The notes under the pieces were generated by a model. It was given only the letters and a program-made list of their open reading frames with translations, was not told the DNA's origin and did no database searches. A DNA stretch of 63,955 nt, counting the filler, from Octopus bimaculoides (taxonomy: Eukaryota): NCBI RefSeq assembly GCF_001194135.2. It is 6 parts of 6 records of this genome, joined end to end, with 100 filler letters (N's around TTAATTAATTAA, not from the genome) between each part and the next. Parts side by side here need not be neighbours in the genome. Positions count along the whole stretch, not along the records: positions 1 to 25,304 come from NC_068985.1; 5 more parts are not named here. One strand, written 5' to 3'. Positions within the stretch are counted from its first letter, which is position 1. The number at the start of each line of letters is the position of its first letter. The position numbers and the translations under genes were made by a program. Below, piece by piece: positions 1 through 10,680 of this stretch.

Positions 1-28
1 ATTATATATATATATATATATATATATA

Positions 29-180
29 CGACAGGCTTCTTTCAGTTTCCGTCTACCAAATCCACTCACAAGGCTTTAGTCGACCCGATGCTATAGTAGA
101 AGACCCTTGCCCAAGGTGCCACGCAGTGGGACTGAATCCGGAACCACGTGGTTGGTAAGCGAGCTACTTACCACACAGCC
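29..180 (-). mobile_element. SINE family A, tRNA-derived 5' head
   Basis: Reverse complement reads GGCTGTGTGGTAAGTAGCTCGCTTACCAACCACGTGGTTCCGGATTCAGTCCCACTG (A-box/B-box-like). Near-identical heads occur at 3009, 30230-30386 and 63800-63955. Adjoins a (TA)n tract. Confidence 0.85.
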
Positions 181-234
181 AATCCCGCGCCTATATATGT
201 GTGTGTACAAGGATTGCAGAGCTCATTTTCACCA

Positions 235-1770
235 AGGGGTGCCCGTTTTGTCGAGAATCACGTATCACTAGTTATTTCGGTCCTTTGTCATCCCTTGAGT
301 GAGGCGGTGGATATCGAGGTCTGCTTTCACCACTTTATTTGATCTCTTTCTTTGTCTGTCTCTTCTCTTGCCTCCATCAAAATTAAGTGAATTGATCTTT
401 ATATAGATGTACAGCTATCATCATCAATACTCACCACACGACCATACCAGCACTGCCTTCTTTCTTTTTAGCACATCTCATTCCGTTTTTGTATAGTTCT
501 TCTGTCAGCACATTTCTTCTATGTCCTTCATACATACTTACATTGCATATCCAACAAGACACACTAGCTTAATTTCTTTCTAGTTTTCATTCACCAATGA
601 GTTTCATTTCTCTCTCATAGTCTCACGATCCTAAAAACCTCATGCCTGCGATCCTCGCATTTCAAGACATGCTCATATCTCTTTGTCTCTGCTTCATCCT
701 TAGCCAAATATACTTGAAGCCTAGATACCCTTCTAGCCATACTGTTATGCTCACTGCTACAACCTTCATTTCAGATTTTCCAAGCCCGTCTCAGCCTTTG
801 CCGCCCTATTAATCGTATAATTCCCCCACCGTATTACCGTTGGCTTAGCTGAGACTTTGCTCTAGCCGCATGTCTGATCTGTAGACCTAAGATCGTAGAA
901 ATTCCGTTTTCATCTATGTTACAAGTATATGAATCTTCTTCCCTGCAGTCATATGCTTCAATTAGAATGTATCTAAATCTATTAACAAATGTGGGATCTT
1001 TTAGTTTCTTTATCTTCTTCCTCGATGTAATGTTTTCCATTTCTATAGCTGCGTAACTCTAATTTCTAAAGAGAGTAGCCACTTATCTGTGTTGTCTTAG
1101 AGCATTCTTCGATAGGAAAAGTTTTGATTTTTATAATCGCTCTTCTGTTCATTTTCCTGGTGTGAATGTAATCAATCTAGCTTGTGTTTACCAGACTGAT
1201 AGATGTTAAGGCGGTTGACTATTTTCCTAAAGTGTGTATTAGATCAGTTGCATCTCAGAACTCCAGGAACATTACACCCTCGTAATTGCTTGCACCATCC
1301 ATGGCCTTTATTGTATATGGTCGAAGCTATTGTCGTGTAGGCCACATGACCTTTGAAGTCGTTGTATATAGTCATCGAAGCAGTCTGCAGATACGACTCA
1401 TAGAAGCGATCATTTTGTTCTGCTATTAATCGTGCTTGTGTTCCATATGCAGAAATTACTATCGTTCTTCTGTTGCCTATAACTAGTCATATATGAATTT
1501 TTTTTATCTCAGACCCTGACGACCTCAAATAGTTTTACCTTTTTTCTGTCAATTTCTCAGCCGACACGTGCCTACTTTGTGCTTGCTCTCATTATTACTT
1601 TCCGAGTAGAATTTGTGTTGCTATCTTTTGCATTTGAGGAGATTGGTTGAAGATCATTTCCACATTACAGCTTGGATACATCACACATCCATTCACTTTT
1701 GCTTCAGCATCTTCAAAATGTCACCAAACCTACCTTTCACCGTATCTATGTTAATGCTTGCATTCCTAAA
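235..1770 (-). mobile_element. Degenerate RTE-clade LINE with the RT domain deleted
   Basis: Minus-strand translation with stops and frameshifts gives APE endonuclease motifs (GDILKML..MDV*CIQAVMW; VISAYGTQ..NDFKGHV) and the linker (KLKDP; ATDQTCG; EDRRHEVFRIVR). It then jumps near 590 to the RTE C-terminus (KLERN*ASV..WICNVS; CWYGRVVSIDDDSC; VVKADL..MTKDR). Confidence 0.8.
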
Positions 1771-2820
1771 GCTTTGTTACAGCTTTGATACCTACAGGAA
1801 GAGATAGTGTACCTCTGGCACCTGTTAGGAATAAGAAAGGCCGTACCTTAATTTGCGGGCAGTTAGTACACACACCCAAACACGCAGACACACACACACA
1901 CACACACACATACACGCACACACATACATACACACTCACGCACATAACTATATTTATATGTGTTTGTGTCAGATTTTATTACCGTCTCGTTTCCTAAGAT
2001 GAAACACAGTCTCCAAACATTCTCTTGCATAACAACATCATCCCGTGTACACTTTCTTATGTTTAGAGAGGGGTGGATCCGATACAGGGTGGATTTGGCT
2101 GTTAATTCAAGCAAGTCGAACGACAGCTTAGAAGTTCAGTAGCTGACTTGTACTTGAGTGTGTGTGTGTGTGTGTTTGTTTGCGCGCGCGCGTGTGTATT
2201 TGTGTGTGTATGTATTGTGTAAATAATGTGGTGTGTGTAGGCTATGTGTGTGTTTTGTATGCATATGCTGTATATGTGTATGTGTCGTGTGCATATGTTG
2301 TGTGCACTGTGTGTGTGTTGTGTGTGTGCCTATCTTTGGGTGTATTTTGTGACCTGAGTGCATGCGTGTCTTGCGTATTCGCTCACGTGTGTGCATTTTA
2401 TATGTTTGAGTTCTGTCAGTGTGCGCGCGTCAGTTTATGTCTCTATGTGAGCGTCTACGTGTGTCTGGGCGTGTGTACGTGTGTTATTTAATTGTCTTGC
2501 GTATGTTGTATGTGTGCAGTGCTTGTGTGATCTACAAGAGATGTGTGTTTATGTGAGAGTATTTATCAGTATGTGACTGAATAGGTAGCAGATATATAAT
2601 TGGTGCTCGCGGTAATGGAAGTTTGATTCCTGGTCTTATAGTTTTCACATAATTTGCTGACGTGTTTGGTGAATCCATAAATGTCACTAACCCTAGTGAC
2701 CTACCTCTAGTGACCTAGCCCAAGATAAGTCAAATGGGGTGATCCGAAGTTGGTAAATAATACTGCCCCCATAAATGTCAAATAATTGGTTCTGTTATAC
2801 AGTGCGTGAGATAATGTCCC

Positions 2821-2878
<58 letters not shown>

Positions 2879-2937
2879 TCCTCTCACTTCCTCTGTATGT
2901 ATATATTATACACACAAACAAACAAACACACACACAG

Positions 2938-2968
<31 letters not shown>

Positions 2969-3008
2969 TATATACTCTGCAGTGTTTAGGCATTAGCAAA
3001 CTTTAAAT

Positions 3009-3407
3009 GGCTGTGTGGTAAGTAGCTTGTTTACCAACCACATGATTCCGGGTTCAGACCCACTGCGTGGCAACTTGCACAAGTGTCTTCTACTATAGTC
3101 TCGGGCCGACCAAAGCCTTGTGAGTGGATTTGGTAGACGGAAACTGAAGGGAGCCCGTCGTACATATGTATATGTATATATGTATGTGTGTGTATAGGTT
3201 TGTATGTCTGTGTTTGTCCCTCCAACATCGCTTGACAACCGATGCTGGCGTGTTTACGTCCCCGTAACTTAGCGGTTCGGCAAAAGAGACCGATAGAATA
3301 AGTACTAGGCTTACAAAGAATAAGTCTTGGGGTCGATTTCCTCGACTAAAGGCGGTGCTCCAGTATGGCCGCAGTCAAACGACTGAAACAAGTAAAAGAA
3401 TAAAAGT
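3009..3407 (+). mobile_element. SINE family A, full length (head + internal TA/TG microsatellite + conserved 3' module)
   Basis: Head GGCTGTGTGGTAAGTAGC..GGGTTCAGACCC, then (TA/TG)n at ~3160-3215, then ...GGGGTCGATTTCCTCGACTAAAGGCGGTGCTCCAGTATGGCCGCAGTC..GAAACAAGTAAAAGAATAAAAG. Confidence 0.9.
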
Positions 3408-4519
3408 ATAAAAGAAAGTTGTAATACGTTTGTGACATATTTCAACGTCTAAAGGCAAATTCCCTGCAGTTACTGTGGAGAATTACCTCCTCTCTTATGA
3501 TAAACACGTGCAAAATCACCGTATCTGCACAGTGCTGCCCCCTATCAGATTCCCAGACGCATTTCTAGCTGTTTACCCGTTATCAGTCGGAAATACCGAA
3601 GAGGTGTAAGTCTGGTCAGATTTTAAAGTCGTGGTTTTTACTGAAACAGTCAACAACATTGACAGAGTTGCGCTATTAAACCGCCGCTCGGCCGGAAGAA
3701 ATTCAGCCGCATCAGCCCCAAGTGGTGTTTACGCGTAGATTAACTTTACATTCATTAAAATATGTTTGTGACTTATGTCATATATATATATATATATATA
3801 TATANNNNNNNNNNNNNNNNNNNNNNNNNNNNNNNNNNNNNNNNNNNNNNNNNNNNNNNNNNNNNNNNNNNNNNNNNNNNNNNNNNNNNNNNNNNNNNNN
3901 NNNNNNNNNNNNNNNNNNNNNNNNNNNNNNNNNNNNNNNNNNNNNNNNNNNNNNNNNNNNNNNNNNNNNNNNNNNNNNNNNNNNNNNNNNNNNNNNNNNN
4001 NNNNNNNNNNNNNNNNNNNNNNNNNNNNNNNNNNNNNNNNNNNNNNNNNNNNNNNNNNNNNNNNNNNNNNNNNNNNNNNNNNNNNNNNNNNNNNNNNNNN
4101 NNNNNNNNNNNNNATATATATAAATGAATGAATAATAATAAATGAATGTACAGATACATATTCCATACAGCCGCCTCAGAATCTGCCAAGTCATCCTCAT
4201 CACGTCAGTGATATACAGGAATGAATAAACATTGGACAGAGATTGGATAATGGTTGAGCCTCAAAGCTGCTTCAGAGAGTAGAAATGTTAGGAAACTAAC
4301 ATGTGGGAAATTCAGTTAGAATCATAGAGTAAGGTAAATAAGATAAGGTAGAGTAAAATAGGTAAAAATAAAAAAAATCATGTAATATAATGCAATGTAA
4401 TAGATATGGTAAGGTAAAGTAAGAACTTCGTTCCATGGTATTCCATCCTGTGGTAAGTAAATAAAGTCACTCTAAGGAGAGATAACCATAGATAGTTTCT
4501 TAACCTCTGACTTATGCAG

Positions 4520-4577
<58 letters not shown>

Positions 4578-4608
4578 TTATCCGTAATATTATTATTACA
4601 TATAAATA

Positions 4609-4655
<47 letters not shown>

Positions 4656-5323
4656 GTCATGTGTAGTAGCGTATTATCTGGAGGTTAAGTGAGTTTATTT
4701 TTCAATATATTTTCAATATATCAAGCAAGAAGTACAGACTGATAGAGACATATATCCCCACGCTGTAGAACGATTCCGATCAGGCATATAACGTCCTGGA
4801 AGAATATATTCTGCTAAGTCAAACACAATTTTTATAAGCAAAATTTTCTTTCAATTTATATTTCTTATTCGTTCTCGTCTATAACATTGCATACTTTGGA
4901 AAATTCTAGTGAAAAGCAATTTCGACATGTGAAATGAAAAAATCGACGTTGTTGAAATAAATGACTCCACAAGTTTTCTATTCTTATCATTTAACATCTA
5001 GTTAATAACAACACTAGTATGATTTTATGATGGAAGTTAGTCACTTTTCAGCAGAACGAATTAATCTTCGTTGGATTAGAAAAGAAATAATCCGTTAGTG
5101 TTTGAGTGATANNNNNNNNNNNNNNNNNNNNNNNNNNNNNNNNNNNNNNNNNNNNNNNNNNNNNNNNNNNNNNNNNNNNNNNNNNNNNNNNNNNNNNNNN
5201 NNNNNNNNNNNNNNNNNNNNNNNNNNNNNNNNNNNNNNNNNNNNNNNNNNNNNNNNNNNNNNNNNNNNNNNNNNNNNNNNNNNNNNNNNNNNNNNATATA
5301 TATATATATACATATATATGATA

Positions 5324-5824
5324 TATATAACAATAAGAAAATGGAGGGGAATAGGTGGTATTCATCAACTTGCAGACATTGTATTGTGTCAGTTTACCTG
5401 TTTATATGTTTACTAAAAGGACAATAATAACAATATACAAACACATGCGACATATTATGTCATATCAGTAATTAAAAAAGGACATCTAGTGACAGAAAAT
5501 GGGATAATAACTTACAGCTGTTTCAGTCTAGTTAGGAGCATGCCTCATTCAATCTATATAACTCCACTAGGACTTCAGCCTTCTGGAGTTATATAGATAG
5601 AATGAAGCATGTCGCACTAGACTGAAACAGCTGTAAATCATTATCCCACTTTCTGTCACTAGATGTCCTTTTTTAATTACTGATATGACATAATATGTCG
5701 CATGTGTTTGTATATTGTTATTATTGTCCTTTTATTAAATAAATTAACAGGTACATTGACACAATACAATGTTTGCAAGTTGATGAATACCACCTATTCC
5801 CCTCCATTTTCTTATTGCTATATA
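5324..5824. repeat. Long inverted repeat (foldback), ~240-bp arms, 17-nt spacer
   Basis: 5324-5566 is the reverse complement of 5584-5824, about 90% identical by eye, with a perfectly matched central block of ~80 bp. Confidence 0.95.
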
Positions 5825-5902
5825 AATGGCCCTTGACACATTTCCTGTGTCCTTATGTTTCCAAAGGCGAGATAAGCACCTCCACCCAGCAAAGCCACCA
5901 AG

Positions 5903-5941
5903 CAGAAACTAGTTTCAGAGTCATTGCTCATCATCAGTCTG
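5903..5941 (-). ncRNA. Minimal type-I hammerhead ribozyme motif (Penelope pLTR/retrozyme-type)
   Basis: Minus strand: CAGA CUGAUGA u GAG-caauga-CUC u GAAA CUAG UU/ UCUG. Core is intact, stem I is CAGA/UCUG, stem III is the palindrome ACUAGU, cleavage triplet GUU. Confidence 0.7.
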
Positions 5942-6149
5942 GAGAAATTTCTTTATAATGATAATAATATCTTTTACAAAGAAGCATAATACAGGAGGTT
6001 ACAAACATATAGATGAGCTAAGTGAGCTTATAATTAAAAACTGGATGGATCATATAAATAAATTAAAAATTTACACAAACTTATTGTCACAAAAATGGCC
6101 AGAAATACAGCGACTACACCTTGCTTTTACCATGGGTGGAATTAAGTAG

Positions 6150-7718
6150 GGACAGTCACTCCAAACTTCCACACGATATCCTTCCGTCTTTTCTCATATA
6201 TACTTCGCGACAGGTGTCTCCTCTCCAATGATATCCTTATGTTATTTTGAAGTGAAATATTTTAATTGAAATTGAATTGTTGTCCTTTGAATAACAGTAA
6301 TTTTCGCCCTGTTGGGTAGAAAATTTCTGTAAATTTTGCTAAGTGTGATTTTTACGAAAATATTTTCTGGAAATTTTCTTGTCATTTGTGACAAGTGTGA
6401 AGAAACGAAGTTATGGAGACCCAATCAGCCGTCAGCTATGCTGCTGCAACGGAAAGGGGTTTGAATAACGACGTTTTGCAGCCACCCTCTTCAACGCTGA
6501 GGAGGAGACCAATGTGCTGAAGGTAACGAGGACAACATAGGTAAACTGGTTTAGATACGGCCTTAGATACAGTCCAAATCAGTTTGTCGGACCAGCATAA
6601 AATTGTAGACGAAATTATGTTGCCTGAGGATGTTAAATTAAGAGAGGTAGTGAAGGGATGACCTCCCATCTGCTACCACTGTGGAATACGGGTTCACATG
6701 TAAGCGAGGTGTCCCCAGAAACAAGAAGTAGAGCAGGAGCAGCAGGAGGAGGAAGTGGAACTAGGAGTGGTAGAACAAAGTGGTAGAACAAAGCCAAGTA
6801 AGTGAAGAGATGGGAGACGTAGAAGAAAAATACTCAGTTGGTGAAAGAAAAAAGAAAAGAGATGAAATGCATATTCACCACCAAAAAGCCCGCTAAAAAG
6901 AGAAAAAGTAACTTAGAGGAGATACAAACTGAAAGAACAGAAATAACAAAAAAAGAAAATTACAGAAAAAAAAACAAACAAGTAAGCAGAAAGTGAAGGA
7001 AGCAACAATAAAGTGTTATTTCTTTACTACCCACAAGGGGCTACACAGAGAGGGGACAAACAAGGACAGACAAACGGATTAACTCGATTATACCGACCCC
7101 AGTGCGTAACTGGTGCTTATTTGATCGACCCCGAAAGGGGACAATGGGAAGGAATACCGAAAAGGAAAAAATGTGAGGATCATGATAGAATATAAGAAGA
7201 GCGTAGAAATAGAGAAGCGGATCACTAAAATGAAAAAGGTAATCAGAGTGAAATTTTCGGGGATAGAGCATACCGAAGACGACAAGGCAGTTTTGCGCGC
7301 GCGCGCGCGAGAGAGAGAGAGAGACAGAGAGAGACAGAGAGAAAATAGAAAGATTAAAAGAATTGTTTGGTGAACAAACTGTATTATCGAAGTTGTGGGT
7401 TCGATGCGACGAGCTACCAGCAGTGGTGCCCTTTGAAGACATAGTGGAGTACTTAGTCAATTGAAAGTAAGTGGAATTTGTAAAATTAAAATGTTTTTAA
7501 AAAAAGAACAATGAACTGTTCATGAATATGTGTGCATAAACAGCTAAATGACACTACCTGCGTGGGGGGGGGACGCAGGCAGGACATTTCGTTTTTCATT
7601 ATATCACTATATTCATATTCATTCGATCTATGTTTTATATACCCCCACTGTATTGTGTTGTCTGTCTTTGTTCGTCCCTTCTTTGTAAGAGCCAAAATGT
7701 TCATAATAAAAAATAAAA
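6150..7718 (+). mobile_element. Tx1/L1-type LINE derivative E1, ORF1-only, degenerate
   Basis: ATG at 6413 (METQSAVSYAAAT). CX2CX4HX4C knuckle CYHCGIRVHM*ARC at 6671-6712, preceded by VVKG*PPI. 5'UTR motif shared with E2. A-rich tail at 7702-7718. No ORF2 remnant recognised. The 5' boundary is approximate. Confidence 0.7.
7008..7140 (-). mobile_element. SINE family B 3' fragment inserted in E1
   Basis: CCCACAAGGGGCTACACAGAG..CGACCCCAGTGCGTAACTGGT..GATCGACCCCGAAAGG matches the copy at 18951-19184. Confidence 0.85.
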
Positions 7719-7960
7719 CTAGCAAGGCCACGCCTTTTTCCTCTGTGACACGTTATTTTCTGAATTTTGCTACCCTGCTTTGTGAGTTCGTTTTTGTCTA
7801 TTTCTTATTTTTGTGTTATTTGTGTGTTATACGTTATCTGGATTTGAACTGTTGTCGTTCGACAAACAGTAATTTTCTCCCAATGGGGCAGAAAATTTCT
7901 GTCAGTTTTTATTGAAAAATTGTGAACTGATATTCTTTTACCCTTTACGGGTTATTTTTA

Positions 7961-8920
7961 TTGAAAATTTTGTTTCTTGGCATTCGTGTCAAGTATTTGG
8001 AAAAAATGATTGTGATGGGTTTTGACTTTTCATATAAAAAATACTTCCTCGAGATGGTGAAAAGGAATTTCAAACCTGAACCAACACAGGACACTAAGGC
8101 AAAACAAAGTTTTTCAGCCGCAGTGGGCGGCAACGTTACCAAACTAGAAGTGACCATGGAGCAGTTGTTCAAATTTGAAAATTTAATTAAGAAGAGTGGA
8201 GCAGATACGAAATTGTTGCCTCCCCCTGAGACAGTACAAGCCATTAAGGCAAAAACAGTGGTGTATAAAGTTTACAGCATCAAAGAAACACGGATACTGG
8301 AGGCAAAGAATGAAGCGGTGGAGAAGTGTATGTCACCAGTGTGGAACAAAGGACGCTACGTTAGCCGAGGAGCAAGAAGTTCCACAATTGAGGCACATTA
8401 CGAGTGGGCTAGCGTAGCCAAGGAAGTGTTCACTCAAATGCTGAGGATCGATGAAATAATGCTGCTGCCCACTTACTTGGGTCGCAGGACCGCTAAAGTG
8501 ACAGTAGACGACATCCCAGTGGGGCATGAAGTAATGTGGGTAGCGGCTGCGATAGTATATGACGTGGAGGAGGAAATTACGATCCTACAAATGAAAAAGA
8601 AAGAAGCGGTGAACTGGCAAGGACAATCGTTAGAAATGGTCGTCCAAGCAACAAACGAAACTCTCGAAAATTTACCCGATAGGGTGTTTGTAGGAGAGGG
8701 GCAATCCATGCGGGTAGTATTGAAAGGACGTAGTCCCAGGTGCTTCAAATGTGGAAAGAAGGGCCACGTCTGTTCCAAATGCACCGAAAAGAAAGATGGC
8801 GAGGCCCCTCCCCCAAAAGCTACGAACAACAAGAGCATGGAAGATAACGATAAGGAAGGAAACCCAAAGAAGTTGAAACAGAAACCAAGGCAGACACGAA
8901 CAATGAAAGAGAGGACATAG
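7961..8920 (+). CDS. LINE ORF1p-like nucleic-acid-binding protein (gag-type CCHC knuckle); C-terminus continues out of frame at 8997-9299
   Basis: 319-codon open frame. SFSAAVGG near the N-terminus; VVLKGRSPR-CFKCGKKGHVCSKC at 8741-8782; basic/acidic tail. Likely Met at 8007 or 8055. Confidence 0.75.
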   Translation: MKILFLGIRVKYLEKMIVMGFDFSYKKYFLEMVKRNFKPEPTQDTKAKQSFSAAVGGNVTKLEVTMEQLFKFENLIKKSGADTKLLPPPETVQAIKAKTVVYKVYSIKETRILEAKNEAVEKCMSPVWNKGRYVSRGARSSTIEAHYEWASVAKEVFTQMLRIDEIMLLPTYLGRRTAKVTVDDIPVGHEVMWVAAAIVYDVEEEITILQMKKKEAVNWQGQSLEMVVQATNETLENLPDRVFVGEGQSMRVVLKGRSPRCFKCGKKGHVCSKCTEKKDGEAPPPKATNNKSMEDNDKEGNPKKLKQKPRQTRTMKERT

Positions 8921-9391
8921 AATTCACCACAGTCACCCACAAAAGAAAAAAGACACACGTTCCCGACTCCCGAAACAAAAAAAAATCAACAAAACAATGA
9001 CAGCAAACACACAAAAACAAACTCCCCAATCCAATCCCATGGTAAAGTCGTTTGTCAAACCCCTCCCCAAAATACAAGAAAAAATTGTAATGTACAAAGA
9101 AAACAACATCCCGTTGGCAACATTGATAGAGCACCATCACACAGCGACATTATATAAACAATGTAATGATGCACCAAAGGACATAAGATTTGCAAAAATG
9201 AGCGAGAAACTTTTTTCGGAGCTGAAGTCTCGATATCCGGAGAATGTAAGAGACGTCAGCTCCGAAGTAGCTAATTGTAAGCCCGGATGCCACACCTAGA
9301 GAAAGCCCAGCGGCTACTCCAAGCAAAGAGAAAGATGGGGAGGGAGGAAAACTTTTGCAGCCCCTCCCCCAACTAAAACTATAAGTACCCC

Positions 9392-10680
9392 ATGTCGATT
9401 AAGTTCGGGTGCATGAATGTGTGTGGTCTGGAGTCGAAAAGAAAAGAAACTTGTTTCCTGGACGACCTCAAGTCACATGATATAGATGTGTGCACTGTAA
9501 CTGAGTCCAAGATGAATGGAGTACAAGCGTTCTCACCTCTCTTGAATGGCTACGAGAAAATTATTGCTCCTAGCCGACAAGGAGGAGGGGCGTAGTGGTC
9601 TTATTCAGGAAGAACTTGGACTTACAGGTAAGTACAATCTTTCTGGACACAGAAGGTAGTCCGGTCGTCCTGGATGTAACCCACGTGAGTAAACAGTCCT
9701 TGAGGTTGGTAGCTGTCGACGCTCCTAACAAGCATGGACAGTCTGACTCTTTTCGAGACCTGGAGCACTTTCTAGTGACGTCAAAAACAGTAGTTCTGTC
9801 AGGAGACTTTATCACTATCCTCGATGCACGGGTAGATAGTGTTGGCTCGACTAATAGCAAAGGAAATCCTGGTCTCAAGAGCTATAATCTAGTAGACCGT
9901 TACAGACTGGATGAGCTGAGCGTTCCACACTGAACTTGGAGTATTCTTCATTGAAAGAGATGGAGATACTTTTAGCTGTCCACGCTTTTTTATTGTACCG
10001 TAGAGGGGCAAGGCCGGCAGTGGGAACACCACCTCGGTTTTGTATAGAGGGATGGAAGAGCACAAAACCAATGACGCACTAGAAGAAGCTCTGCGCTTCG
10101 ATGAGAACCAGCTTATCAACCTGTTCAAAAATACTTTCGGGCCAGGGTATTTGGATAATTACCAAAAATCCCTGACCTGGCGGTGTTACAGTAATGTTTT
10201 AGCTGTTCGTGATAAGTTATCCAGGCACAGAATGTCAGTGGTAACGACATGTCCAAGATTCGGGCTGAACGAAGAAGCCGTCCAGCACGCCTTTGTACGT
10301 TATCGGGGGCTATCAGGCTTCATTATTTACGTCGAATTAGTGTTGTCGCATTTAGGAAGAGTACAGCTATCGGCTGAATCTATAATAAAGATTGTACCGC
10401 CCACTGGACTCTCAAAGGAAGGTGAGGTATGTTTTTTTTTCTGTACAGTTGCTGTACTGAAAGAATGTGTGTGGAAGACTAGAATGCAAGGATTCGTGAC
10501 TGGATCCTTCATCTCTGGCCCTGGTTTGCTACAATTCTTCAGATATCTGAAGAGCAAGATAGGGCCGGAGAAGAGGATCCTGTCGTGAAGTGCGTTTGAG
10601 GAAAGATGGAAGGCTGTGTTTAGAAAGGTTGGTGCAAGTAACTCTACTTCATCTTCATTGGAAACGAAAGGGGTAGTCGC
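9392..10680 (+). pseudogene. LINE ORF2 relic: N-terminal APE endonuclease fused to C-terminal Cys-rich region, RT missing
   Basis: MSIKFGCMNVCGL..DVCTVTESK; VVLSGDF..ILDARVD; YRLDELSVPH*TWS. After ~9940 it reads SLTWRCY..TCPRFG..EAVQHAF..CVWKTR. No RT motifs lie between. Confidence 0.8.

Noticed and set aside
3009-3075. tRNA-like sequences (SINE heads; also 55940-55990, 56720-56760)
   Set aside because: A/B boxes are present but there is no complete cloverleaf; they belong to SINEs.
5958-6149. 63-aa ORF between the hammerhead and E1
   Set aside because: No recognisable motif; could be a TE scrap but cannot be assigned.
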